A stretch of DNA of 64,000 bases from Lama glama (Eukaryota), in NCBI GenBank assembly GCA_028534125.1, contig CM052816.1:2606001-2670000 (forward strand), written 5' to 3'. The number at the start of each line of letters is the position of its first letter. Position 1 is the stretch's first letter. Below the pieces are notes generated by a model that was not told where the DNA came from, made no database searches, and saw only the letters and a list, made by a program, of their open reading frames with translations. The position numbers and the translations under genes were made by a program. Below, in pieces: positions 12,070 through 25,609 of the stretch.

Positions 12070-12490
12070 GATATCATTTAGGGCTCTTCATGCTCCAAGT
12101 GACAGGAAACCCAGCTTAAGTGCTTAAACACTGAGTGGGGGGTTATGGATTCATATAATTTAATGGATGTCAGGGGAAGGGGGGAGATCCAGATGAAGCT
12201 TGATCCAGAAGTTCAAACAATGGTACCAAGGTTTCAGTTCCCTCTGTCTATCCTATAACCCACAGTGTTGGTTTCATCCTCAGGTGGCTGCCCGGCAGGT
12301 CTGGACTCTCCCTTTATGCTAGCAAAAGACCTGCCACAGTTCTGTATCTCCCATCCTTACACCAACACTGCCCTGGGGAGCCATGAGGGTCTCCTCTGGT
12401 AAAGCTACTAAAGGTTCATCCTTGAAGCCAGCAGAGCCACCAATCCCACCCAAATAACATGGCTGAGAATGGAAAGGTGTTTTCCCATAG
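12070..12490 (-). mobile_element. Old MLT1-type LTR
   Basis: caagtgacaggaaacccagcttaag...gcttgatccagaagttcaaacaatg...gtgttggtttcatcctcagg. Confidence 0.7.
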
Positions 12491-12501
12491 GACACTCAAC
12501 A

Positions 12502-12675
12502 GTTTTTTTTTTTTTTGCAGGCAGAGGGAGGTAATTCAGTTTATTTATTTAACTTGCATTCGTTTCTATTGAAGTACAGTTATTTATTTATTTTTTAATG
12601 GAGGTACTGGGGATTGAACCCAGGACCTCATGCATGCTAGGCATGGACTCTACCACTGAGCTATGCCCTCACCCT
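12502..12675 (-). mobile_element. Camelid tRNA-derived SINE (Vic-1 type)
   Basis: gaggtactggggattgaacccaggacctc...ctctaccactgagcta (pol III B and A boxes, antisense), poly-T tail, TSD gacactcaaca at 12491 and 12676. Confidence 0.93.
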
Positions 12676-12804
12676 GACACTCAACATTCTGTTTCGAGGA
12701 AAAGGGGAGAATCCATTCTGAGCAGCGAACAGCATGTGTCTAATATACCAGGAGTGTTCTGCCCAATGCAGAGAAGAGTACGACTCTTACCTCCCTTGCT
12801 CTAG

Positions 12805-13025
12805 AGTAGAGCTCTCCAATAAAACTTTCTGGGATGATGGAAATGTTCTATTCAATGCTGCCTAATACAGCAGCCACCTAATTACATGTGACTAGTGAAC
12901 ACCTGAAATGTGGCTAATATGACTGAGGCACTGGGTTTTTTTATATTATAATATTTTATATTATTTAAATTAAACTTCAATAGCCACGCGTGACTAAGGA
13001 CTTGCCATACTGTGCAGTGCACTTC
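12805..13025. mobile_element. MER3-like hAT MITE
   Basis: ctctccaataaaactttctgggatgatggaaatgttcta...cacctgaaatgtggcta...aatagccac. Confidence 0.88.
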
Positions 13026-13034
13026 TAAAAACTC

Positions 13035-13236
13035 ACACGTCCATTAAAGCAGCTAAAGATCACATTTGTTTCCTTGGCAGGCACATAACATTATTTATAG
13101 TACATAATGGAGCTTATTATCAACAAAATTTCAGAACTTTTTTCCTGGGTATGCGGCCACTGAGTCATGTCTTTGTCATTCAATACATTTGTAATTAATT
13201 ATTTAGACCTAAGTGCCAAGAGTTTACATTCACTCC
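13035..13236 (-). mobile_element. L3/CR1 LINE fragment
   Basis: ttaaagcagctaaagatcacatt...ttggcaggcacataaca...cctaagtgccaagagtttacatt. Confidence 0.65.
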
Positions 13237-16200
13237 AGACTGGATGATCAGGGTATTTCCCAACCCGTCCTTCTAGACTGTTACCCTGACATTTTGTCCA
13301 TGATAGTACATAGTTTACCAACCTTATGCTGATCTCTACCATGCACAGGATCTAGCCTATAGCAGTTGCCTTTTTTTCTTTTCAACCTGGAGATAAGAAA
13401 TGGCTTTTAAGAGTCTATGACACTTCTGCAGTTACATGTAGATTTTTGTGGGCTTCTGCTTCTGTTCTCTTTTCTTTATTTTCAGGGAGAGAGCCCAGCG
13501 CCTCCACTATATTTTCATATCTTAGAAATCAATAATCAATCATTTGCATCTTTGCACAAATTGTTAAACTAAGGCAGAAACTTGTGGCTTGCTGTTAACA
13601 ATGGCTCTCCAGTTTGAAAAATGGCCCTCCAGTTTAACACTAGGGTTTGTCCCAAGCTCCTTCTCTATTCTTTTAGACCGAGATGATCATGAGTTTGGGG
13701 GTTTTTTTGTTTGTTTGTTTTTTGTTTTAAGAGTCTTAGCTACCCCGCTCTGTGCAGTAACTTCTGCTAACTATGAGGCAAAGCCACAAACATCGGAAAC
13801 TAAGTTTTGACTTTCTTTCAAAATCTTCCAATTGCTATTCACTCTTTAGAGCACTTAGGTAGGTGGTTTTGTATTTTGTCCACAGTTTATAGTTACTATG
13901 TGTGAGGGTCATCCTTATACATCATATATATTATGAATTCCCTTATCTTATTCATCCTTATATACATAGCATTTATTTAGCCAGAACTACATGAACACTT
14001 AAAAGAACTACATTAATGAACATTTAGAATTTTACCAAATTTTTTGCCAGTGCAGTTGTCGCTGCAATGAACATCCTTATTTTGCCTCTCTTAGCACACG
14101 TCCAAGCAGATAATAATGAGTAGAAGTATGAGCTATAGAGTGCGCAAGTTAAGATTTTAACACGTTGTAGCTCAAAGAATAGAAGCAAATATTTTATCAT
14201 AAATTGTATCATTATATCAATAACCCATTTGATATACATTAATATACATAACAAATGTCCAAAATGTATCACATGGATCAAATGTACCAAATGTTTTTGG
14301 ACATGGTGACCACCTATAGATACTATCAAAACATCTATGAGTGCTAAATACTTTAGACGTAAGTAACCAAGGGAACACTGAATTGTCTTTTTTTTGGGAA
14401 GGTTTGAAAAAAGGCATTTCTATCTCTCTGTAGGAGGTTAAAGGCAGCCATCAAAAGACATGGGGCCAAAGAAACTAGAGGCAGATGGACAAGACCAAGG
14501 GCGCTTGGCCATATGGATTCCCTAGCTCTCATCCTGAAGCAGGATTCCAAACAGGAAGGAGAAAGTCTGCATAGGACAGGGCCGTGAGAAGGAGCCTGGT
14601 CTCAACCGTCCACCCACTAATGTATGCCAGCCCTGCCCAAACAAACAGCAGACTGTCCAGAGAGCAAACGGTAAGGATTATTGAACCTTCGTTTCTTAAT
14701 TTCCATTTTGATTCAAAACTCACAGGAGGCTACGATCTTACTTTACGATCCCTTTTTTCCCGTGCAGCTGAAACAGACAATCTGACATTTATTAGCTGAT
14801 AAAGGTAGGGTTTTTCTTTATGGCATTGAATATTCTTTTTCATGATGGTGTTTTACTTCACAAATGGCAAATAGATCATGATGTGACCTGTGTAGAAATG
14901 TTTTCAAAGGAGGTTTGAGAATTTTGAAAAATTCTCTTTATTGTGTAATGGGATGAAATCCCACAGTCAGGTCTGACACACTCTTTGCTGGCATCACTCA
15001 CTGTCTTGCTGAGAAAAAGTTAGCTGCGCACAGAAAAACACCTGGTGCTTCCATCTCATATTCAGCAAAGTTGTTTTTGTAATGAAGTCTAAGAACAGAA
15101 AGATCCATGGCTTCAGGCTTTGTCGTATTTTTTTTTCAATCAGGTGTTCATTTATGAAATACTACACATCCATGTTGTCCCACGTGACTATCTAAAGGAA
15201 AGTCTGTGGGGAATACACGGACTATCCCACACCACCTTACAGCAGGTCCCACTTAGCTTCTTGCCCAGCATGGGTTTAGATGTTACGCTCTTTATATAGG
15301 TCAAAGTGATGGTACTGACATTTTAAAGGAAATACAGTTTCTACCCTCATGGAGATTACAGTCTAGAGAAGAATATAAACACTAAGTTAAAAAATGACAA
15401 GTGTGCGAATTCACAGAGAAGTGAAATTTGTAACCTTGCTTTATAACTTAAAACAAGGCGGATTCTTGTCTCTGCCTTCCCACCAGACGGCCAGCATCCG
15501 ACAAAAATGGGCTCCCTGCTTTTTCCTTTCCCCACTTCATTTCATTCCTTCTCCTACCTTATTTCATTCTCCCTCCCATGTAACATGTGTCTCCCAAGTG
15601 CCCAGCACAGCGTTAGAGCAGGAAATGCCGATGTGAATAGACACATGGTGAGGGAAGAACTATGTCCGCTGGTGCTGTTCTCATAGCATCTGGTGGTCCG
15701 AAGGCAGGTTCTCCCTTCATAGCTCCCACGTGGTGACCACACCTTCCCCTTTCCCGATCAGAGCCCTAAGGAACACCCAGGGTCATAAACGAGAAAGCTG
15801 TCCCAGGGTGAACAATTTACTATAACTTGGGAATAGCTGGACTGTGTCTCCCATGGAATGAATGCAGGCTAAATGGCCCAAGTTTATTGAAGCTCTCTAT
15901 ACATTGCTTAAGACTAGAATTCAGAGTCAACTGCCTGGAGTGGCTTTCACTCCATCCTTCCTTCCAAGAACCACAGAGACAAGCTGAGCCACAGGAATAG
16001 GGATTTCTTCCAGGCTGGAGATATTACAATCCTCTGAATGTAAGAGTTTGCTGAAAAAGACAGCATTCACTATTGAGGGGGTAACTATGAAGAGGTCTTG
16101 TGGTTATGATAGTTTTATGATTATTTTGGATCTCTGTAAAGACTTCTGTGTTTGGGTAACTGATTCCCCACTGGAGAGATCACACAAACATTCCTAACAT

Positions 16201-16363
16201 AAGTCTGTGGCTTTGTTAGACAGAATTAAAAGAGCTCTGTGTCCATTCCAGTCTCCAGTTTTACCCCAGATATGTCACTCACATGACTGTGGATTCTTTC
16301 AGAATGAGGCTCTGAGTCTTCTGTATTTTTTTTTTTTGTTTAATTATATATGGAAAAACAGTC

Positions 16364-16760
16364 GGGGAAGTCTACACTATATGTTGAAAGTAGGAGATAT
16401 TTAAGTCAGACTGCTATCCTCCTAAACCCTATAGATGAGGAGGTGATTATCTGTTCATGGGAATGCTCATATACATATATACAGACATACACACGTACAT
16501 ACATACATGAATAAACAAAGAAACAAGTTGAAAAATATTCACTCTTTTTCTTCCACCATCTCTCAGTTGATCAGGACATACTGCCTAAGCACCTATCCTT
16601 TGGGGGAAGTCTACCCAACATGTTGAAAATAAAAGGTGTTTAAGTCAGATCACAGTCTTCCAAAAGCCTTTAGATGAAGAGATGAGACTTGTTAATTAAA
16701 ATACATGATACGCACATACATGTACACACACATACACAGGAACAAATCGGCTGGAAAAAG
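16364..16760 (+). repeat. Degenerate local duplication, period ~239 bp
   Basis: ggggaagtctac..atgttgaaa..ttaagtcaga..tagatga..CA/TA-rich tract..gaaaaa at 16364 and again at 16603. Confidence 0.85.
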
Positions 16761-16768
16761 TAATAAGG

Positions 16769-17198
16769 ATGACCAGAAGGAATACATTCACCAAACATTT
16801 ACAAAGTACTTCTTTATTTATTAGGTGTGTTCTAGTGCCAATACAGAACTTTTACTGCAGCAAGACAGACAGATAAATCAAGTAAATGTGTATTTTCAGG
16901 TAGCAAAAAGATCCATAAAGAAAATAGTAAAGCAGGATGAAAGATCGAATTATGGAAGAAGTGTGGTATTTATGTAGAATGTGTTCAAGAAAAAGGTGAT
17001 ATTTGATATGAGACCATGTGAAAATACTTTCAATAAGCAGCCATGGATCCAGGTTATGCAGGACTCTGCAGATGATGAATGACAAGAAGGAATATATTCA
17101 ACAGACATTTACAAAGCACTTATTTATTTACTAGGCGTGTTCTAGTGCCAATACAAAACTTTTATTGCAGTGAGACATACAGATAATCAAGTAAATGT
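16769..17198 (+). repeat. ~120-bp direct repeat (16769-16889 and 17079-17198) of an L2 3' end
   Basis: Hand alignment gives about 13 substitutions and 1 indel over ~120 bp. Confidence 0.92.
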
Positions 17199-17535
17199 AT
17201 AATAAAAAAGCTGGACCCTCATCCTAAGTGAGATGCAAGAGATATCTGGAAGGTCTTGAGCTGAGGACTGGCATGATCTAAGGCATGTCTCCTGGGTTAA
17301 GAAAAGGCTGCAATGGACAAGAAGCAGGAGCAGGCAGAGAGCTAACGGTCAGTGCTGCTGATGGCTTGGATGTGAGATGGTTAGTGGAGTGGGGGATAAC
17401 AAGTGGATGAATGACAGAAATAGTCTGAAGGTAGAACTGACAGGAATTGTTGACACAATTGTTGAAGTGAGGTGTGAGAGGAGGAAAGGAGTCAAGAACA
17501 ACACCGAGTTTTCTGGCTTGAGCATTTGGAGGAAC
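16780..17535 (-). mobile_element. L2 LINE remnant
   Basis: cattcaccaaacatttac, ctgaaggtagaactgacaggaattg, ggagtcaagaacaacaccgagttttctggcttgagca. Confidence 0.75.
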
Positions 17536-17584
17536 TGCTAGTTGAAATGATCACCAAAAGGTTAACTTGTTAAGATGACGCTGT

Positions 17585-18325
17585 AATCACAACACAGAAC
17601 TATACGCTCCCTACTAGAATGGCTGAAATTTAGAAGACTGTTTACATCTGATGTGAAAACTAGAATTCTCATGCATTGCTAATGAGAATGTAAAATAGCA
17701 TGAAGGCCTTGGAAATCAGTCCAGGACCTTCTCATAAAGTTAAACTTCCACCTACTTACGACCCATTGATTTATTCACAGGTATATAACCAAGAGAAATG
17801 ATAACATATGCTTCAAAAAGATATATATATACACACACAAATATATATATGTAAATGTTCACAGCAGCTTTACTTTTGTCCTAGAACAAAAACACCCCAG
17901 ATTTCCATTTGTAGGAGAATGGAAAAAGTGTGATATAATTACAAAATGGAGAATTATCCACCGTTACACATAGAAATGTGGATAAATCTCCAAAACAATT
18001 TTCTGAGCAAAAGAATTCAGATACAAAAGAATATATTGATTGGTTCCATTGAAATCAAGTTGTACAACAGGCAGGGCTAAGCTATGACCGTGGCCCAGAA
18101 AAGCATGTGCTCCCGGCATGCTGCAACGGTAAGAGGGTTGAGCTTGGATAAAGCACAGTCCAGCTTTCTGGAAGGAAGGAAAATACTCTATCTTTAGAGA
18201 GGTAATGGTTTACATCAGTGAATGTCTGTGTTAAAATGGATCAAACTATACACTTCCATGTAGACTTCATTTCACTAGATGATTATTATACTTCAATAAA
18301 AATGTTTACATAAAAAAGAAAAAAA
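17585..18325 (+). mobile_element. Ancient L1 (L1MD/ME-like) 3' region
   Basis: ctactagaatggctgaaattt...aactagaattctcatgcattgct...tatacttcaataaa plus A-rich tail. Confidence 0.8.
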
Positions 18326-18474
18326 TATATAGACACCCAATGCCACTTAGGTATAAAAAAAACACAAAAATCTATCTATTTCTATCAATACAATATGTAT
18401 ATGTGTAGAATTAAATGCAGTATTTGGGACACTAAAAGAATCGGACTTAGCAGCTTTTCCTGTCTGACTCAGCA

Positions 18475-18670
18475 CTAATAATAATAAGCAGTAGCATTAT
18501 ATTGTTTAAATTTTATGACAGCCTTTCTAAAGGGTCTTACTTTACTCACCCCAAATGGGTATTCGAGATTAACATGACTTGCCCAGGAACGTATCACTAC
18601 TCAGCCGTAAAGCTGGAACCTGAACCCACGTCCGTATTACTGCAGACTTGGTACCTTTCACTACTGCGTT
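18475..18670 (-). mobile_element. MIR SINE
   Basis: tgacttgcccagg...agctggaacctgaaccca core. Confidence 0.6.
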
Positions 18671-20223
18671 ACGTTTCTCTCCACAGAAAGGCCACAGACA
18701 CTCTCTGAGGGATCCCTGGGTCTCTCCGAGACAAGACTGTCTCTCTGCAGGCACAGTGCCTGTCCTCCATCCTTGCTCTCTTCTAGGACTTCCAGTAACC
18801 ATCCTATCACCTTATATGTGGTTCCAACCTTCCCACCCAGCTCCTTCAGACAGATGCTTCATTTAGAATACCAGCTTGGCTTCTGCCTTTGTTTTTATGT
18901 TTACATATTGTCTTCTAGCTCCAACTTGGCTGAACACTCTGCAGCCCTCAGGCTCATCCATCACCACCAATGCGAAACACCCCGGCTCTCAGGACCCTCA
19001 CCTATGTCTAGAACCCTGCATCCTGATGTTCCAGGAGGGGGCTGTGGGTAATTGCTCTCACCTTGTAACTGAAACCTACTCCCATCCGAGGTGGAAATAC
19101 TGAACGAGTCTCCTCGCTGAATTTGTTTGATGAGACTAGACGTCTACTTCCTTTCCACCAAGAAACTCTAAATTATTTTTCAAGCAATGGGACAGAGATA
19201 ATTTTACTATCCACCAACACAAAATGCAAATGTATTGACTCTTAGGAAAAGCAGTCTTGATCTACCACGGTTTTAAACATCTGACTTGCAGATTGTGAAA
19301 ATTCAACCAGTTTATGTTTTCCAAAATTCAAAAACGACTTTAAAAGGTAATGTTAGATCTGGCAAAGAAGCCAGAGAAATAAGTAATAGGTTAGAATGTA
19401 AAACAAACAACTTTTCAGCAAGCTATGCCTCTTAACCCCGGGAAATACTCCGGTGCCTTGGAGAACACAGGTCAATGTATCGGTCTTTCACTTTATTAAA
19501 TTATTAGTATTAAAAAATAACTCTCAGCAAGCAACAAAACACAGCACAGTGCTTTCTACAAATAAAATTTAATTTGCTGTCTCAGGAGCTGCTGGCTTTT
19601 ATCGCTGAAGATTGGAGCATGGTATTTTCAGGGAGAATTTTTTTTTTATCTAGTTTGGAGGAAACATGGCCAACATTAGTTCCAAATATTTTATTTCAAA
19701 CATAAAGCACTGAACCAATACTAATAAACAACAGGCTCTTATGCCAACACTGGTGCATGTTTTTGTTATTGCATTATATTCCATGAGAGTTATTGTGCAT
19801 AATTAAATAGAAAAAAACCCTTGAACTTGGAATTATAAAACCGTCACCACAAACCAACAATTCCACTTGATGTGTATTAAGTCATTAAATTTATTATAAA
19901 AACAAAGGAGGAGGGAGAAAAATCTTTTCCTTGTAAATCATTAAAAATGTATGAGGGTTGAAAGCACAGCAAACAGCCCATACTTTTGCTTAGGGACTTG
20001 CTACAGGAGGCGGCACTGCAATTCAGAACAGAAAATGAGGTTTTCTTGAAATCAGAATGGCCTGGAATCAAAATGACAACCACGTGGGCTCTTGGGAAGA
20101 AAGGATTTATAAATTCTAAGAAAAGAAAAGTTGGTCCCAGGGTCCCAGATAAAGAATGCTGGGGCGATGGGTGGCTGGCCACGGTCTAAAAAGTCTCACA
20201 GTTGAACAGTCCATGAGAATGGG

Positions 20224-20723
20224 NNNNNNNNNNNNNNNNNNNNNNNNNNNNNNNNNNNNNNNNNNNNNNNNNNNNNNNNNNNNNNNNNNNNNNNNNNNNN
20301 NNNNNNNNNNNNNNNNNNNNNNNNNNNNNNNNNNNNNNNNNNNNNNNNNNNNNNNNNNNNNNNNNNNNNNNNNNNNNNNNNNNNNNNNNNNNNNNNNNNN
20401 NNNNNNNNNNNNNNNNNNNNNNNNNNNNNNNNNNNNNNNNNNNNNNNNNNNNNNNNNNNNNNNNNNNNNNNNNNNNNNNNNNNNNNNNNNNNNNNNNNNN
20501 NNNNNNNNNNNNNNNNNNNNNNNNNNNNNNNNNNNNNNNNNNNNNNNNNNNNNNNNNNNNNNNNNNNNNNNNNNNNNNNNNNNNNNNNNNNNNNNNNNNN
20601 NNNNNNNNNNNNNNNNNNNNNNNNNNNNNNNNNNNNNNNNNNNNNNNNNNNNNNNNNNNNNNNNNNNNNNNNNNNNNNNNNNNNNNNNNNNNNNNNNNNN
20701 NNNNNNNNNNNNNNNNNNNNNNN
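20224..20723. other. Assembly gap (500 N)
   Basis: Run of exactly 500 N. Confidence 1.
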
Positions 20724-21025
20724 GAGAGGTTAGTCTTTCAGAATGTCTATCCTTTTGTTGAACCAGCAATGGCTGGTTCATGATTTTTATTTTATGTTTG
20801 TTTTATAATCTTAGGCTTATGAGATTCAGGGTGATGAATCAAATCTCAAAATTTGAGACACATGGCTTGAAGCTGGGACTATCTCAGATAACAGAGGTAG
20901 AATGCAAATAAGAAGTTTTGCTGTTCAGTTACTGCCCAGTTCGTGCATTCAGATTGTGTCTACAATGAACCAATGCAATCACTTAGGAGGGGGAAATGTC
21001 AATAAGCTCTTTGTTTCATCCAGGG

Positions 21026-21245
21026 CAGAGGCTGGCTAACTACAGCCCATGAGCCAATCCAGCCCTGCCTGTCTTTGTGAATAAAAGTTTTACTGGAACA
21101 GAGCCATGGCTATTTGTTTATCTGTTGTCTAGGGCTGCCTCTGCACCACAACAACAGCATGGAGCAATTGTGACACAGACTGCACTTCTCTCAGACCCTG
21201 AAGTATTTACTTTCTGATCTTTTACAGAAAAAAATTTGTCAATGC
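21026..21245 (-). mobile_element. MER58A-like MITE
   Basis: aactacagcccatgagccaatcc...aataaaagttttactggaacagagccat...ttttacagaaaaaaatttg. Confidence 0.88.
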
Positions 21246-22439
21246 AAGACCTGACATACTTTTAGGTGTTTCACAGGCAGTTTTATTTTAATATGTATGG
21301 GTTTACTGTAGTAACCATTAGAAAAAGATCAAACTACCAAATCTGTGTTTTTGCAGAATTTTTTGTTGTTGAGGGCAAACTAAAGAAGATAAATAAGAAA
21401 ATTCTGAGTCAACTTGAGGAAAAATATTAAATTCGTAATACAGTAAGAAAATACGATAGTAGTATGCAAAATTCTAGTATTTGAGAAACACAGACACAGG
21501 GGGCACCAAACTTTTGATTTTTATAGTTCTCGGGTTCTAAGAAATCTTGGCCTAAGGGAGGTTTTTAACAAGTAAACTTTTAACTTATTCTCTATTTGAG
21601 TCTTACAACAGTTTGGGGCAGAAATTAAACAGGTAACAATTATGACTTTCCACCCATACATATGAAGATAAGACATAGATGAACCTTTTATTGGCCATCA
21701 GAGTCATAAGCATGGAGTTTTTTAGTGGGGGAGGAAATAGAATAGAGTTTTTGAGGTAAAACCTTAATTCTAATCTTTGCTTATCAGACAATGGTCTTGG
21801 TTTACTGAAAAGTTCCATATGGCTTGATATAGAGTCCTTCAGTTTGTCATGTGACAGTGGACACAAGAACTCAAACTGATCTGGCCCTGCCTCCCGTGGT
21901 CAAGTACACAGGCTTAAAAGAAAACCATGCACTATACAGCCCCCATGATGTGGTGCCTTGAGCTTAACTCTAGATGGGCGGTTCTCTAAGTGCACACCAT
22001 TGAATATTTGTAGGCTTGGTGTTTGGTTTTCAGGAGCCTGGTGACCAAATAACCTTTAGAAAGAGAACTAATTTAAACATATTTGAACCTGCTCAAATTT
22101 ACTGCAAGATTCCTCAAGATCTGCGGAGAGATGGAGGATGCAACATTGCCCAAACCTACCTCACCACAGAACTCTTCTCTCATGGAGCATTTTGGGAAAC
22201 AACAAAGTGGACATAATCATCGGGGATTCCATATGATTTGGAGTGTAGAATTTACTTCATTTTGGTTTTTTGGGTTTTTTTTTTTTGGAAATCCCTTCCC
22301 TTTGGGATGTATCATCAACCAAACTTCATGATAGTAGATGGTACAACTTCCAAACATAAAAGGAGTTGTGTGCAGAGAATACCTGGGAACTCTGAAAACA
22401 GTTTGCCCTAAAAATTTTAGGAGGCTAATTAAAAATAAA

Positions 22440-22910
22440 CACCAAAATCCTTTAAAATATACATTACCTTTTGGTAAGCAATTCTGCTTTTACAGACTTG
22501 TCTTTTGGAAAAAATCAGGGACATGTGCATAAGGGAATTCCTGTAGAGTGATTTATAAGAAGAAATCGGAAACAGTTTAAACGTTCAATAATAGAAGATT
22601 GTTGGGAGGGTTTAACTGTATTAGAATATTAAGGAAGATGATAAAAATCATATTAAAAAAGAGTACTTTTTGACATAGGAAATTGTTCATGATATACAAC
22701 CAAGAGGAAAACCACCACTAAAAGGTATTCACGGTATCTTACTCTTATAAAAGTCTGTAAGTGAATAAACACAAAGATTACTCAAAAGATTTACAGGAAG
22801 TATAAATAGTGGGATTATTTAGGCTGCTGGAATTATGGGTAAAGCTTCCCTTCTTTGTGCTATTATGTTTGCCAACTTTTCTGCTTTGAGCTTATATCGT
22901 GTAATTAGAA
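22440..22910 (+). mobile_element. Ancient L1ME-like 3' remnant
   Basis: ccttttggtaagcaattctgc, ggaaacagtttaaacgttcaataatag, tgacataggaaattgttcatgatata. Confidence 0.55.
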
Positions 22911-23785
22911 AAGTGAGACTCGATTACAGCAGAAAATTCTACAGAAAGCAGAGTTCCTCTTCTATCACTTTTTCCAAAAGAACCTGTAACGTGACACATT
23001 TTGCAAATGCGCTAAGCTACGTACTGCTAGGACCAGAAAGGATTTTCTCCCAGGTGCAAGGATGGCAGAAGATGATACCAGAACCCTGGAGGCTTCATGA
23101 CTAAAAATCGCTCTTCTGGTTTTGCTCTCTTCAGAGACATGTCAGTGTGAGGAAAGGCTTTGCCGCCATCTCAAGAAATGACCTCTGGTTTGTCATCCAG
23201 GCAGACAATTTCCCTGAGCACATCAAAGCTCTGACTCAGCTTGCCCTGTGTATCTGCTCCACCTATATATGGCCCAGATCTCCATGGTCCTGTCACTTCC
23301 TTCCCCTGTCCCATTCCTCCCAACCCAACAGTGGCAGAAGTGAAGTTCTGGAGTCAGCGCTGCTGCAAAAGGATTTTCTTAGGCTGGAGAGTGTTCCAGC
23401 CAGGACCAGGTTTGGCACCACACTTGCTTCTGTTAGTTAGCTCTTTCTGTACCTTTTTGGGCAGATTTAAACCCACGTGCACAAATCTTAATCCACTGCT
23501 TTTAAAACACTGCTTTCCGATATCATACATTATTTAAATCTGTGTCCCTGCTGCATGGCACTGGCCTGAGGTGCTGTGCCATGCACCCACTGTGAGACCT
23601 TGGTTAAGAAGTCTCCCCACTCTGGACCTCAGTCCCCTTGCCCATTTAATAAGATGCCTAGATTTACTCAGCAAACATTTATTGAGTTCCTACACTGGGG
23701 TCAAAGGTGCATAAGACAGATACAGCTCTTGTCTTAATGGAGCTTACAGTTTAGTGGAACAGGCAGATTTTATGTATACATACTT

Positions 23786-23928
23786 CTTTTGTTTGTTTGT
23801 TTGTTTGGGGGGAGGGTAATTAGGTTTATTTATGTATATATTTATTTTAAGGGAGGTACTGGGGATTGAATCCAGGACCTCACGCTTGCTAAGTACACAC
23901 TCCGTCGCTAACCTATACCCTCCCCACC
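23786..23928 (-). mobile_element. Camelid tRNA-derived SINE (Vic-1 type) inserted in an L2 remnant (~23660-24270)
   Basis: gaggtactggggattgaatccaggacctc; (tttg)n tail; TSD gtatacatactt at 23774 and 23929. Confidence 0.92.
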
Positions 23929-24269
23929 GTATACATACTTTTTAAAGCAAATCTAAAGGAGTATGGAAAGTACTGCAGAGGACATAATATAGAGATGCTA
24001 CTGGATCTACAGGCAGAGCACCTAAGCCAGACTCAGGGAGTCAGGAATGAGCTAGTGACATCCATGAAATGACTTCCGGAAGACACACTGAAATATAAGT
24101 AAGACTGAGTAAGAGAGTGGTAGTGGAAGGAAGCAACAGCTTACTAAAATCCCAGAAACAAAAGGATGAACAATTAATTCACAAGATTAAAGGAAACTCA
24201 TAAAGCCAAAAGAGAGGGTGCGAGAAGGGAATGGAGCAAGGCGAGGGCAGGCCATATTGAAGAGTTTAG

Positions 24270-24575
24270 AGCAGCACTAGATACACAATGTAAGCCATGA
24301 GTGTAATTTTAAATCTTCTAGTAGCCATATTAGAAGGTCCAAAATATGCACCTGAAGTTACATGTAGTAATATATTTTAGTCAAGCCAGTATATCTAAAA
24401 TATTATTTCAACATGTGATCAACATAAAATTATTAATGAGATATTTTACACCTTTTTTTTCCCTTCTAAATCTTTGAAATGTGATGTTTGCATTTATAGC
24501 TCATCTCAGTTCAGACTCGTCACATTTCAACCAACAGTCACATGAGGCTAGTGGCTACCGCACCAGACAGCACAG
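24270..24575. mobile_element. MER33-like hAT MITE
   Basis: tgtaattttaaatcttctagtagccatatt...aaaatattatttcaacatgt...ggctagtggctacc...gacagcacag. Confidence 0.88.
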
Positions 24576-25609
24576 ATTTACACTTTATCTTTAGGATAAC
24601 GCAAAGCCACCAAAGGGCTGTAACAAGGGGTGGGATCTGCTGACCACTCAGGATGCCCTGTGGATAATGAATTTGATGGATAAAGGTAGGAAGGAGGGAA
24701 ACGAGAAGGGAGGACATTGTAAAATCTACAGCAAACAGTAGCATAAAGGGGTGGGGTCGGGAATAAACAGATCTCACTGGAGTCCTGACATACTTAGGAG
24801 GTAAACGTACCCATTTTGACACGCACACAAGCCCACGGAGCACCCAGACCCAAGCGCTGCTTCACAAGGCATAATAACGCATTTATTTTTTCCCTCTCTG
24901 ACCTCTTTCAACTTAAAGTCACAGACCCGCGTAAGAAGTCACAAAGGCCACATGGGTTTCCTAGGAGCCATGCAGCGAACGGTTTGGATAGATGGTTTAT
25001 GGTGCTGTTTTGACCCTTTCTCCTCTGTACGGGTGAGAAAGAAGAATCACCCAGAAAGTCTGATAGTGGTTGTTACTTTTTTTTTTTTTTCCCTCCATCG
25101 CTGACACATTAAATCTATGGAGAGAGGAGGGAGGAGGAGGCAGATGGAGAAAACTGCTTCTCAGGGGTGATTACAGCGAGAGAGGGGCTGGAAGAGACAT
25201 CCCTGGGCCCCATATTTCTTTTGCCACCAGTGACTTCCAAATCAAATGAGCCCAATCTGCAGATCAAAATGAGATTTTTCTTATTGACTTCCCTGAGAGC
25301 TTAGCCGGCGCTCCGCAAATCGAGTCACACGTATCCTGCATCATCATCAACCATCGCCGATTGCAGGGAAGTCGGAACTGGGCCGATGTTGGCAAATATG
25401 TCACTGATGCATGAGGCCAGGGAAAATCCAGCTCTTATTGGCCTGGCAGTGCTGACCTGGTTTGTCCGTAAATGAAGAGCAAATGCAATTTGCAAAACAC
25501 ACAGAGCTGATAAGGGGTTACAACGAGGCGGGGCTGGAGTCACTTTTCTAAGAGCAGGCATGCTTGAAGAGGAGACAAAGCAGATCTCAAGCTTGAAATT
25601 GGACAGACA

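Noticed and set aside
12598..12675. tRNA-like A/B boxes (also near 23855-23928)
   Set aside because: SINE heads with tails and TSDs, not tRNA genes.
20116..20781. 200+ aa ORFs
   Set aside because: Artefacts of reading through N runs; the same applies at 36895-37563 and 45024-45632.
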